The notes: a model not told the origin generated them from the letters alone. Shown: positions 26,216 through 35,791, counted from the first letter of the stretch. The stretch is DNA of 64,000 nt from Dehalococcoidia bacterium (GCA_034423195.1 DAOUIZ010000034.1:2023-66022), one strand, 5' to 3'. A program made the numbers and translations.

Positions 26216-27250
26216 ATGACCATTGGCTTCACGAAGGTACGAGCCTGGCTGCTGATCCTGTCCGCGGCCCTGGTCTCGCCGGCAATTTTGCTCTCCCTCG
26301 CCTGCGGCGGGGGAGACAACACCCTGACCGTGTACTCGGGGAGGTCGCAAAACCTGGTGAACCCCATCCTGGACAGGTTCATCGAAGACAGCGGGATCAA
26401 TATACAGGTGAAGTACGCCGGCAGCTCGGCCATCGCCGCCACGATCCTGGAAGAAGGCGAGAACACGCCGGCTGACGTGGTGTTCCTGCAGGACCCGGGA
26501 TCGCTGGGCAGCCTGGCCCACGCCGGCCTGCTGGGAGAAATCCCCGAGGAACTGCTGGACAGGGTGGCGTCGGGGTTCCGCTCACCGGCGGGACAGTGGG
26601 TCGGCACGTCAGGACGGGCCCGCACGGTGGTATACAACACATCCGCCATTGATCCGGAAAAGGACCTGCCAGACTCCATCCTGGGTTTCGCCGCCCCGGA
26701 GTGGGAGAACCGGGTCGGCTGGGCGCCATTGAACGCTTCCTTCCAGTCCTTTGTCACGGCGTTCCGGCTGAAGTGGGGTGATGAGGCGGCCCGGGCGTGG
26801 CTGGAAGGCATCCACAACAACGGGGCCCGCCAATACTCCAACAACACGACCACCGTGGCCGGCGTGGCCCGGGGCGAGGTGGACGTGGGGTTCGTGAACC
26901 ACTACTACCTGCAGAGGTTCCTGGAGGAAGAAGGGGAAGGGTTCGGCGCGAGGAATCATTTCCTGGGGGGCGGAGACCCCGGCGCGCTGGTGCTGGTGGC
27001 CGGGGCGGGGATAACCAAGACCACCAAGAACCGGGAAGGAGCGGAGCAACTCGTTGGATACCTCCTTTCCGAAGAGGCGCAGACCTACTTCGCCGAGACG
27101 ACCAAGGAGTACCCGCTCATTGAGGGGGTGGAACCCGTGGGCGACCTGCCTCCGCTGGAGTCGCTGGAACCACCAGAGGTGGACCTGGGCAACCTGACCG
27201 ATTCCCGGGGCACGCTGTCCTTGTTGCGGGAGGTGGGCATCATACCGTGA
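26216..27250 (+). CDS. ABC-transporter Fe(3+)-type periplasmic substrate-binding lipoprotein (FbpA/AfuA-like)
   Basis: Lipobox LSLAC. TVYSGRSQNLVNPILDRFIEDSGINIQVKYAGS..ADVVFLQDPGSL pattern of iron(III)-binding proteins. Confidence 0.75.
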   Translation: MTIGFTKVRAWLLILSAALVSPAILLSLACGGGDNTLTVYSGRSQNLVNPILDRFIEDSGINIQVKYAGSSAIAATILEEGENTPADVVFLQDPGSLGSLAHAGLLGEIPEELLDRVASGFRSPAGQWVGTSGRARTVVYNTSAIDPEKDLPDSILGFAAPEWENRVGWAPLNASFQSFVTAFRLKWGDEAARAWLEGIHNNGARQYSNNTTTVAGVARGEVDVGFVNHYYLQRFLEEEGEGFGARNHFLGGGDPGALVLVAGAGITKTTKNREGAEQLVGYLLSEEAQTYFAETTKEYPLIEGVEPVGDLPPLESLEPPEVDLGNLTDSRGTLSLLREVGIIP

Positions 27251-27381
27251 CGGTGGGACAATACCTCGCGGGCAACCGGGGGTTGGCTCCTGCTAAGTCA
27301 GATAGTGCGGGATCACCCTGCGGCCCCTTGCCCAATATCCGATGACGCCCGACCACCGGGGAATCTTGACCGTTCCAGGGG

Positions 27382-28559
27382 ATGGGGATGCGTTCAGCGG
27401 TTGAGGATGAGGTCAGAGAGCTGATCCGGCAGCATGGGCGGATTACATTTGCCCGGTTCATGCGGGCCTGCCTGTACTCTCCCGATGGCGGCTTTTATTC
27501 CGCCCGGGACGGCGGGATCAACAACCACTTTGGAACCTCTCCCACCAGCCACCCGGTCTTCGGGGCCCTGATAGCAAGGCAACTGGAGCAGATGTGGCGC
27601 CTCCTGGGAGAGCCTGCCGTTTTCCATGTTATCGAGGTGGGGTCCGGCGACGGCGCACTGGCCCGGTCCATCGCGGATACCTGCCGGGGTATAAATCCCC
27701 GGTTCGCCAGGGCGCTTTACTACGTCGCGGCGGACTACGAGCCTGGATTGGTCCAACTGCCTGAACACACCCTTGGCTGGGTCTCCGAGGCCGGAGATTC
27801 AATCTCCCCAGTGGAGGAAGGCCCGGACCTGGCAATCCAGCGGGTCAGGGCCGAGGGACTCAGGGCGTTCCGGAATGTCGTCGGCTGCGTCCTTTGCAAC
27901 GAGTTGGTCGACAACTTCCCGGTCCACCGGTTCGCGATCCAGGAAGGAAGGGTCAAGGAGGTCTACGTCACATTGGAGAACGGGAATCTCGCCGAAGTCC
28001 TGGAGAGCCGTCTTCGCCCTGCATCGAAGACAGGCTGGCCGGCCTGGGCCTGTCCCTGCCCGAAGGGTATCGGGGCGAGGTCAACCTGGCCTTGGAGGAC
28101 TGGACCCGCCAGATTTCCGTGGCCCTGGACCGGGGGGTTGTCCTCACCATCGACTACGGTGAGGCGGCCGCCGACCTCTACTCCCCGCAGAACGCCGGCG
28201 GCACGCTGGTCTGTTACAACCGGCACGCCGCGGGCAGCGACCCGTACCGGGACATTGGGCGGCAGGATATTACCTGCCAGGTGGACTTCACATCCCTCAT
28301 GCGTATGGGCGACCGGCACGGCCTGGCCGCCGTGGGCTACACCACGCAGAGCCGGTTCCTGGAGAACCTGGGATTCTCCGGTTTCCTCGATGCGCTGCCG
28401 GAGCAGGGTCTATCCCACGCCCGAACGGAACTGAACCGGATGGCCATGATGACCCTGGTGGACCCGGAGGAGTACGGCGACTTCAAGGTACTGGCCCAGG
28501 CCAAGGGGATCGCCCCGGGCATGGAACTCCTGGGATTTAAGGGACAGGCTGAGCTCTAG
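27382..28559 (+). pseudogene. MidA/NDUFAF7-type (DUF185) SAM-dependent methyltransferase interrupted by a frameshift near 28003-28008
   Basis: The N-terminal half is in one frame (RITFARFMRACLYSPDGGFYS...VTLENGNLAEVLE). The C-terminal half is in the -1 frame (EPSSPCIEDRLAGLGLSLPEGYRGEVNLA...VVLTIDYG...). The junction lies at CTGGAGAGCCG. Confidence 0.75.
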
Positions 28560-29851
28560 CTCGGGTGCTTGCTGAGCATTATGAAGCCGCAGCTGTCCGG
28601 GGTGTTGCAGCCCGCCAGGGCAGTGTCGGCCCGGCCCGTCACCTGCCGCGGCCCTGCCGTCCCCCGAAGCTGCTCAAGGCTGTCCGAGAAGAGGCATGAC
28701 CGGGTGCGTCCCGTCCCGTTGTTTCCGCCGCTGGAAAGGAAGGGATGGGGGCCTTCGACCCGGATGTCCTCGGCGTAGAAGTCGTGGGCCTCGCCCCACT
28801 TGACGCCGTGCCACTGGAAGCCTTCGAGGAACTGCTGGGTGAAGGTGAGGTAGCCGTCGTATGGGTTGAATATATCAACATCGTCAGGCCCCAGCCCGGA
28901 ACCTTCCCACATCTTCCGGGCCAGGCTGGCGACCGCCTCCTGGTGTTCCTCCAGGGTTGCCATGGTGCTCCTGCCCCGGCCGTTGTTCTGGGCATGGTTG
29001 AGGACGTAGGCGGGCTTTTGCCGCAGGTCCCTGGCCCGCTCGGCGGTGGTGAATATGAAGGCGGCGCAGGTATTGACCGGCCGGTCACAGTCATAAATCA
29101 CCAGCGGCTCCTCGATCACCCGCCCGTTCAGGTAGTCCTCGCGGGTGAGCTGATAGGGCTCGTGGAGAGCGTAGTACCCCCAGGGAGTCATCAGGCCGTT
29201 CCGGCGCAGGTTCAGGCAGAGCGGGGCCAGGCCGTCGTGGGACTTGCCGTATTTCTGGCAGTACTGCAGGAAGACCACCAGGTTGTTGAACATGGCGCCG
29301 TTCTGATAGCCCCAGGGCAGGGAAAAGGCGCTGGCGCCGGGGGCCTCCTGGTTGAGGTTCTGGGGATTGTTGTGCCCGTACCGGCCTTCAAGATTGACCA
29401 TCGGGTACCACACCAGGGCGGTCTCGCATAGTCCGTCACCGACCGCCTGGGCGGCCAGGCCCATCATCGGGCCGATGTAGGGCGCGTCGGACTTGAGATA
29501 CTTGACATTCTTCAACCCCAGCTCCCGCTGTATCCAGTCGGCTGAGGTGTAGGTCAGGCCGTCTTCCGTGTCGTAGGGGGGGTCGAAATAGGGGCGGGGC
29601 GCCCAGGTCTGCTCGGCGCGGGTCTCCCGGCTGGTGATAAGCCCGTCAATGTCGTCCAGCGACAGGCCCGCGTCGGCAATCGCCTTCAGGCATGCCTCCT
29701 TGGTCAAGCCGCCGCAGCTCCGGTCCATGGTCACGCCGTCCCAGCGCCGGTCGATGTGAGACTGGCCCCAACCGACAACGGCGACCTTGCCCCGGTGCTC
29801 CCAGACTCCCATGCCTTCCCGGTTTCTCATCCAGCTTGTGTCGCTAACCAT
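28556..29851 (-). CDS. Thiolase-fold protein of the SCP-x/Ltp-like (non-canonical) type
   Basis: The length and C-terminal pattern (GGNNGTG...) are thiolase-like. No obvious VxxxC(S/A)(S/G) nucleophile motif. Adjacent to a DUF35 gene. Confidence 0.7.
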   Translation of the reverse strand: MVSDTSWMRNREGMGVWEHRGKVAVVGWGQSHIDRRWDGVTMDRSCGGLTKEACLKAIADAGLSLDDIDGLITSRETRAEQTWAPRPYFDPPYDTEDGLTYTSADWIQRELGLKNVKYLKSDAPYIGPMMGLAAQAVGDGLCETALVWYPMVNLEGRYGHNNPQNLNQEAPGASAFSLPWGYQNGAMFNNLVVFLQYCQKYGKSHDGLAPLCLNLRRNGLMTPWGYYALHEPYQLTREDYLNGRVIEEPLVIYDCDRPVNTCAAFIFTTAERARDLRQKPAYVLNHAQNNGRGRSTMATLEEHQEAVASLARKMWEGSGLGPDDVDIFNPYDGYLTFTQQFLEGFQWHGVKWGEAHDFYAEDIRVEGPHPFLSSGGNNGTGRTRSCLFSDSLEQLRGTAGPRQVTGRADTALAGCNTPDSCGFIMLSKHPS

Positions 29852-29954
29852 CTCAGCTCCCTCGTGCCCTCTGCGCTATTGGCCGTGTCCTGAGTTCCGT
29901 TCCCCCTCCGGGGCCGCTCACCTCCGGGGTCGTGTCCGGCTCACTGGGGGCGGG

Positions 29955-30383
29955 CTAGGTGACCACCTGCCACTCGTGGACCAGCTGGCCGTTGCTGGTT
30001 TCTTCAAATATCAGTTCCACCTGGGCTCCAACCGGCACCTCGCCCGGCGGGGTGCCCGGAAGGTTGGACAGAAAGTTGATGCCCGGGTCCTCGTCCAGGG
30101 TTATCACCGCGAAGTTGATGGGCTGCGCCGACCGGAACCCCCTGATGCGGGAGTCGCGGATCACCATGTAGACGTCGATATGGCCCTTGCCTTCGACCTC
30201 TTTCCATTCCAGGTTGTCGGCGGAGCCGCACTTGTTGCACCGCTGGGCGGGCGGATAGTGCAGCCTCGCGCAGGCGGTGCAGTTCTGCAGGACCAGCCGC
30301 CGCTCGTTGCAGGCATCCCAGAAGGGCTTGGTCAGTTCATTTGGAACCGGGGCGGGTCTCTCAAGTCCTGGAATGGTTGACAT
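29955..30383 (-). CDS. DUF35 Zn-ribbon/OB-fold acyl-CoA-associated protein
   Basis: PFWDACNERRLVLQNCTACARLHYPPAQRCNKCGS rubredoxin-like CxxC..CxxC motif plus an OB-fold tail. Start at ATG 30383, preceded by GGGAGGGGAG. Confidence 0.85.
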   Translation of the reverse strand: MSTIPGLERPAPVPNELTKPFWDACNERRLVLQNCTACARLHYPPAQRCNKCGSADNLEWKEVEGKGHIDVYMVIRDSRIRGFRSAQPINFAVITLDEDPGINFLSNLPGTPPGEVPVGAQVELIFEETSNGQLVHEWQVVT

Positions 30384-30547
30384 GGTTCTCCCCTCCCGTG
30401 GGCTCTGGCATACCGCGTTGGCATTTCCTGTGCAATCCAACGCGGATTATATGTAGAGGATTTTTGCAGGTCAAAGGTGCTTGCCGGCCCTGGCCGGATT
30501 CGGCCCTGCGCCCGCCGGAGTCGCGGGCCAATATCCGGGCCGGAATG

Positions 30548-30937
30548 CTAGTCCCCGGCCGTTTTCCCGTTGATCCACGGCTCGGCATGGCCGGCGTCCA
30601 TCAGGACGAAATGGAACCCGGCCTCCAGGGCAAACTGGCGGTCCAGCTCCGTATCGCCCACGTGGTAGTAATCCTCGGCGGGAAAACGGGACTTCACGGC
30701 CGGGAGGTCCTGCTTGGCCGAGACGAAGCTGACCTCGATGCCGTGCCGGTCCCAAATGGCCTGCTGCACCGGAAGCGGCCGGTCGGAGGAACTGCCGATG
30801 ATGCACCCATGCTCCCTGGCCTTCCTGACCATGCTCATGGTAATCGGCCCGGGAGGGTCTCCCGCTTCCAGGGTCCCGTCTATGTCGAAACTGACTAATA
30901 CTGGCAAGAACGGTCTCCCTTCCATGATTTGAGGCAC
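30548..30937 (-). CDS. Small HAD-superfamily hydrolase
   Basis: Motif I FDIDGTL and motif IV-like GDTELD. 129 aa. Confidence 0.65.
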   Translation of the reverse strand: MPQIMEGRPFLPVLVSFDIDGTLEAGDPPGPITMSMVRKAREHGCIIGSSSDRPLPVQQAIWDRHGIEVSFVSAKQDLPAVKSRFPAEDYYHVGDTELDRQFALEAGFHFVLMDAGHAEPWINGKTAGD

Positions 30938-30965
30938 GAATTTGACTCGTGTTGAGGGCGCCGGC

Positions 30966-33440
30966 CTACGGCTCTCCGCCGGCCGAAGGGTCCGCCCACT
31001 GGACGATTCCCCGCGCCCCCAGGTCCTCGATTTCCGCGTCGCCGTACCCGATTTCCCGCAGCAGGGGCCTGGTGTGCTGTCCGACCTGGATGGAGGTGCG
31101 GTAAAGCCCCGGGGTCAGGGAAAACTCGACCAGCCCGCCGTAACGCAGGTACTTGCCGACATACGGGTGCTCCACCTCAACGCTCAGGGCATTGGCCTTG
31201 GCGTGGGGATGTTCCGCGTAGAACTCTCCTTCCAGGGCTTCGTCGGCCTGGACGCAGCCGATGTCCGCCGCGATGAGCAGCTCTTCCCACTCGGCGGCGG
31301 TTCGGGCGGCGAAGATTGCCGCGATTTCGGCGATCAGGGCTTCGTCGTTGGCCTGCCGGGCCTCTCGGGTTGAGAAGCGGGGATCGGCCAGCAGTTCTTC
31401 CCGCTGCACGGTGCGGCAGAATGTTTCCCACTCGTCCTGGAACAGGCAGCCGAGGAACACCCAGCCCTCCCGGCAGCGGTAGAGACGGTACAGGGCATGG
31501 AGGCCATGCAGCTCTTCGTCGGGCATGGCGATGGGAGGTCGGTTGGCGTGGTCGTAATACTCGTCCGCATTGGTCCAGGCGTTGGCGTTGAGCATGGTGA
31601 CGTGGACGGGCTGGCCCCTGCCGGTGAGGTCCCGCGCCCGGAGGGCCAGGATGATACCCGTGGCAACCGCCGGCGAGGTGTTCTGGTCCGGCCCCCAGTT
31701 GGATTTCATAATCCAGCGGGTGGCCTCGACGGTCTCCTCAACATCCAGCTCCTGTTCGGGAGGCGGGGGCATGCCCCGGCCCATCTGCCGCATGGCGCCG
31801 CCCATGATGGCGCCGGGAATGGGATGGGCGCCGGGCCGGCGGGCGTGTTCCCCGTGTTCGCCATAGGTCCCCATCCAGACGTGGACCAGGCGGGGGTTGA
31901 GCTCCCGGCAGGTCTCCCAGTCAACGCCGAGACGCTCCGGGACGCCGAGGCGGAAGTTGTGCGACAGCACATCGGCCCTGGCGATGAGCCTGTGGACAAT
32001 CTCCCTGCCTTCCGGGGTCTGGAGGTCAACCTGGATCCCTTCCTTGCCGGCGTAGGTCCTTGGCTCGGCTATCGCCTGGGCGGTGGAGCGCCTGCCCTCA
32101 TCCAATCGCCGGTCGGTGGCGTCCAGCTTGATGACCCGCGCCCCCAGGTCTGCCAGAAGGGCGGCGGCGTAGGGCCCGGCCTGGATTGTCGCCAGGTCCA
32201 GGATGGTGACACCTGACAGGGGGTGGGCCGGCGCGTCAGATCCGGGGATGTCGGACAGGCCGCTGCCCTCTGCGGCTGCGGCAGGCGGCAGGCGTCCCAG
32301 CACTTCCGCGTTGTGCTGTCCCACGTCGGGGGCAGGGCCGCTGGGCTCCCCCGGGGTGTCCCTGAAATCCACCAGGGGGGCCAGGGTCCGCATCGGGCCC
32401 ACGCGGGGATCATTGACCGTTGCCACTGTGTTGTTGGCGGCCACCGCAGGATGGTCCATGGCCTGGACGCTGGTGCGGTACGGCTCGGCGGCGATGTTGC
32501 CGTCCTGGAGGTAAATCTCCATCCATTCGCTGGCGGTCTTCTCCAGCTGGCTCTTCAGTATCTCCCGCCGCAGGAGCTCCCGGTTCTCCAGGTCTATGGC
32601 GGGGACTCTGGCGAACCGGTCGTCCTCCAGCAGGTGCCCCAGCCCGATGGCCTGGAGATGCCCCTGGATGTGCGGGACCCTCTGGTTGGCGTGCTGCAGC
32701 CAGGTGCCCTCCCGGGTCCGCACCGGAACGTATCCCACCGAGGATAGGCCGCGGGCGCCGCCGGGCCTGCCGGGGAAGCGCTGCGGGTCCCGGCGCCGGA
32801 GCTGCATATTCACCAGTCCGCCGTCGCCGGCGTTGTTGTCATGGGGAGAGGCCAGGCTCTGGACGATGCTGGTCTGGACCCATTGCCCGCGCCCGCACTG
32901 GTCGCGCACACGGAGGGCGCCGATGATTCCCCGCACCGCGGCCTGGCTGGCGTGCCAGCTTCCGGTGTACACCGCCGAGTACACCGGGCCTTCCCGGTTG
33001 GGCTGTCCCTGCAGGTTTAGCATCCGGCCCGCCTTGGCCGCAACGACGCCCTCGTACCCCTTCACCCGCCGGAGCGGCCCCTCCTGCCCAAACCCGGTGA
33101 TGGAGCAGTAGACCAGCCCGGGGTAAAGTCCCGACAGGGCATCATACCCCAAGCCCCATTCGTCCATGTCCCCGGGACGGAAAGACTCGACCAGAACGTC
33201 GGCGTTGCCGGCCAGCCGGATGGCCTGCTCCCGGCCTTCCCCGGTGGCCAGGTCCAGCACGACGCCTTTCTTGCCCCGGTTCCATGAAATCCAGCCGGGC
33301 TGGAAGCGGAAGGGGTCTCCCCCGGGAGGTTCAACCTTGATCACATCGGCCCCGTAGTCGGCCATTACCAATGTGCAGATGGCCCCCGGCATCCCCAATG
33401 AGAAATCCAGAACGGTTAGGCCAGTACATGGTCCTGCCAC
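30966..33440 (-). CDS. Tandem-fused double family III (CaiB/BaiF) CoA-transferase, 824 aa
   Basis: Two complete family signatures: LTVLDFSLGMPGAICTLVMADYGADVIKVEPPGG (N-terminal half) and GVTILDLATIQAGPYAAALLADLGARVIKLD (C-terminal half). Confidence 0.85.
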   Translation of the reverse strand: MAGPCTGLTVLDFSLGMPGAICTLVMADYGADVIKVEPPGGDPFRFQPGWISWNRGKKGVVLDLATGEGREQAIRLAGNADVLVESFRPGDMDEWGLGYDALSGLYPGLVYCSITGFGQEGPLRRVKGYEGVVAAKAGRMLNLQGQPNREGPVYSAVYTGSWHASQAAVRGIIGALRVRDQCGRGQWVQTSIVQSLASPHDNNAGDGGLVNMQLRRRDPQRFPGRPGGARGLSSVGYVPVRTREGTWLQHANQRVPHIQGHLQAIGLGHLLEDDRFARVPAIDLENRELLRREILKSQLEKTASEWMEIYLQDGNIAAEPYRTSVQAMDHPAVAANNTVATVNDPRVGPMRTLAPLVDFRDTPGEPSGPAPDVGQHNAEVLGRLPPAAAAEGSGLSDIPGSDAPAHPLSGVTILDLATIQAGPYAAALLADLGARVIKLDATDRRLDEGRRSTAQAIAEPRTYAGKEGIQVDLQTPEGREIVHRLIARADVLSHNFRLGVPERLGVDWETCRELNPRLVHVWMGTYGEHGEHARRPGAHPIPGAIMGGAMRQMGRGMPPPPEQELDVEETVEATRWIMKSNWGPDQNTSPAVATGIILALRARDLTGRGQPVHVTMLNANAWTNADEYYDHANRPPIAMPDEELHGLHALYRLYRCREGWVFLGCLFQDEWETFCRTVQREELLADPRFSTREARQANDEALIAEIAAIFAARTAAEWEELLIAADIGCVQADEALEGEFYAEHPHAKANALSVEVEHPYVGKYLRYGGLVEFSLTPGLYRTSIQVGQHTRPLLREIGYGDAEIEDLGARGIVQWADPSAGGEP

Positions 33441-33868
33441 GGTTCACCTCTCCTGCCAGTTATCCGGGATCATGCTCGGGCAAGCATCCGGGCCGTTCCT
33501 CCGGCAGCCTGACCTTCTCCGGCGTTGGCGCCGCCTGGCTTGGGGAATGACGTTCATCCGGTTTCGCCGCCCTGTACCGGAAACCGTCAACGCCCGCCAA
33601 TGCGGGTAGTATACAACGCCCAAATTCAGGAATGGCTGCCGGAGCCCCCGCCCGGGCCGGGACGGGGAAAATAGCCCAACCTTCAAAAGTATCGCCAAAC
33701 AGGGTAAGATGGGTGGCGTTCAGACCCGCCCCCCGACCTGCTTCCATGACCGACCGGGGCAAGCTGGGCACAAACCAAAGGCCAGCCCTCCGGCAAGTCA
33801 CCGAAACACCCCGGGGAATCCTCGGAGTCTACCCGGCCGGCCCGCCTGCACGAGGATTTACCCCACCT

Positions 33869-35005
33869 ATGCCGGATTTCATCCCGGATTCCACCAACGT
33901 TGCCCCAACCCGCCCGACATCCCAACCAACAACTCCGGCCGGCCCGGTCGCAGACTTCGCCGAACTGCCCCGCCGCATTCGGGAAGCGGGGTTGATGGAG
34001 CGTCAGCGCGGCTACTACACCATCAAGATTGTATCCACGCTTGCCATGCTCGCCCTGAGCATCGCCCTCTTGCTGGTGGTGGACAATTTCTGGTTCCAGC
34101 TGGCCAACGCCGCATTCCTGGCTTTCGTGTTCGGACAGATAGGCTACATCGGCCACGATGCCGGGCACCTGGCGGTCTGCCGGTCGAACCGGGGAAACCG
34201 GCTGATCGGTTACGGCGTCTGCTTCCTGTTGAGCATGAGCCAGTCGTGGTGGCTCACCCAGCACAACCAGCACCACCGCACTCCCAACGACCTGGATGAC
34301 GACCCCCACACCCTGATGCCGGTGCTGGCCTTCTCCGAGGAAAAGGCCGGCAGCAAGCGGGGCGTGGTGCGGTGGCTGGTGGGCTATCAGGCCTTTTATT
34401 ACGTGCCGATGCTGATGCTCGAAGGTCTGGGGATCCGGCTGGCGAGCCTCCAGTTCCTGATCGGGGAGAGGAAGGCGAGGCAATACCTCCCCGACTTCAG
34501 CCTGATGGCGCTGCACTTCGTCCTGTATTTCGGCCTGCTCTTCTACGCGCTGACTCCCTGGCAGGTGCTGGCCTTTGCCCTGGTCCACCAGGGACTGTTC
34601 GGGCTGTACTACGGGCTGGTGTTCGCTCCCAATCACAAGGGAATGCTGATTCTGGACAAGGACAAGCCCCTGGACTTCGTGCGCACCCAGGTGCTCACCA
34701 CCCGCAACGTCAAGCCCAACTTCCTGGTGGACCTGATGTACGGCGGGCTGAATTACCAGATAGAGCACCACCTGTTCACGATGATGCCAAGGAAGAACCT
34801 GGGAAAGGCCAGGCCCATCGTCAAGGAGTTCTGCCGGCAGCAGGGCATTCCCTACTACGAGACCGGAACGTTCCAGTCCTACCGGGAGATTCTCAGCTAC
34901 ATGCACCAGGTCTCGTCCATTCTCAGAACCGGGTCGAAACCACCGGCCAAGATGGAAGGCGGCAGTCCCGCAGCCGTTAATTCCGGTGCAGCCGCCACCG
35001 GGTAG
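33869..35005 (+). CDS. Membrane fatty-acid desaturase, front-end-like (third His box QxxHH), no cytochrome b5 domain
   Basis: His boxes HDAGH, HNQHH and QIEHH, with 4 or more TM segments. Start moved to ATG 33869. Confidence 0.8.
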   Translation: MPDFIPDSTNVAPTRPTSQPTTPAGPVADFAELPRRIREAGLMERQRGYYTIKIVSTLAMLALSIALLLVVDNFWFQLANAAFLAFVFGQIGYIGHDAGHLAVCRSNRGNRLIGYGVCFLLSMSQSWWLTQHNQHHRTPNDLDDDPHTLMPVLAFSEEKAGSKRGVVRWLVGYQAFYYVPMLMLEGLGIRLASLQFLIGERKARQYLPDFSLMALHFVLYFGLLFYALTPWQVLAFALVHQGLFGLYYGLVFAPNHKGMLILDKDKPLDFVRTQVLTTRNVKPNFLVDLMYGGLNYQIEHHLFTMMPRKNLGKARPIVKEFCRQQGIPYYETGTFQSYREILSYMHQVSSILRTGSKPPAKMEGGSPAAVNSGAAATG

Positions 35006-35107
35006 GACTGCTTGGCAATCACGCCGGAGAGGCCGCTTGGCCAAACCGCCTGAAGAGGCCCCCGGGGATATTGCCCCGGCGGCTCCAGACATGACCGTGG
35101 GGTGTAG

Positions 35108-35791
35108 ATGAAGCCCTGGCTGCTGCTCGGCCGAGCCCAAACCCCCGGGGGAGGAGCGGAGCTCCTTCTGTACCAGCGGGACTCCGAGTTCTCGCTTAAA
35201 GCGGACAACCAGGAACTCATGAACAGCCGGGTCTACGGTTCGGAGGAAGCGATGGCCAGGCTGGGCTGCCAGCGCCTGGGAAAGCGTCCGGGGGCCCGCG
35301 TTCTGATCGGGGGCCTGGGCATGGGCTACTCGGTGAGGACGGCGCTGGACATCCTCGGACAGGATGCCCGGGTCGTGGTTGCGGAGCTGGTTCCGGCCGT
35401 GGCGGAATGGAACCGGGGAGTCCTCGCCGGCCTGGCGGATCATCCTCTTGACGACCCCCGGACCGAACTCCGTGAAGCAGACGTCGCCGAGGTGATAAGG
35501 GAAGCCCAGGGTGGCTACGACGCCATCCTCCTTGACGTTGACAATGGGGCGGAGGCGATTGTCCGGGAGGGCAACAACTGGCTATACAGCCCGCCGGGGC
35601 TGGCCGCTATCCATGGGGCCCTGCGTCGCAACGGAGTATTGGCGGTGTGGTCCGCCGCTCCCCAACCGGCGTTCGTCAAACGGCTGAGCCGTGCCGGCTT
35701 CGGCGTGGAGGAAGTAAAGGTGCGGGCGCGGGGCGGAAGCAGCCGCAAGGGCGGAGCCCATCACGTCGTCTGGGTAGCAACGCGTGGTTGA
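35108..35791 (+). CDS. Spermidine synthase-like class I methyltransferase-fold protein
   Basis: VLIGGLGMGYSVRTAL glycine-rich loop, ILLDVDNG acidic motif, family-typical length. Confidence 0.6.
   Translation: MKPWLLLGRAQTPGGGAELLLYQRDSEFSLKADNQELMNSRVYGSEEAMARLGCQRLGKRPGARVLIGGLGMGYSVRTALDILGQDARVVVAELVPAVAEWNRGVLAGLADHPLDDPRTELREADVAEVIREAQGGYDAILLDVDNGAEAIVREGNNWLYSPPGLAAIHGALRRNGVLAVWSAAPQPAFVKRLSRAGFGVEEVKVRARGGSSRKGGAHHVVWVATRG

Noticed and set aside
33683-35443. 586-aa ORF on the minus strand covering the whole desaturase gene and part of the next gene
   Set aside because: Antisense shadow ORF typical of high-GC DNA. The product is Arg/Gly/Pro/His-rich with no motif, while the plus strand encodes a protein with three textbook His boxes and TM helices.
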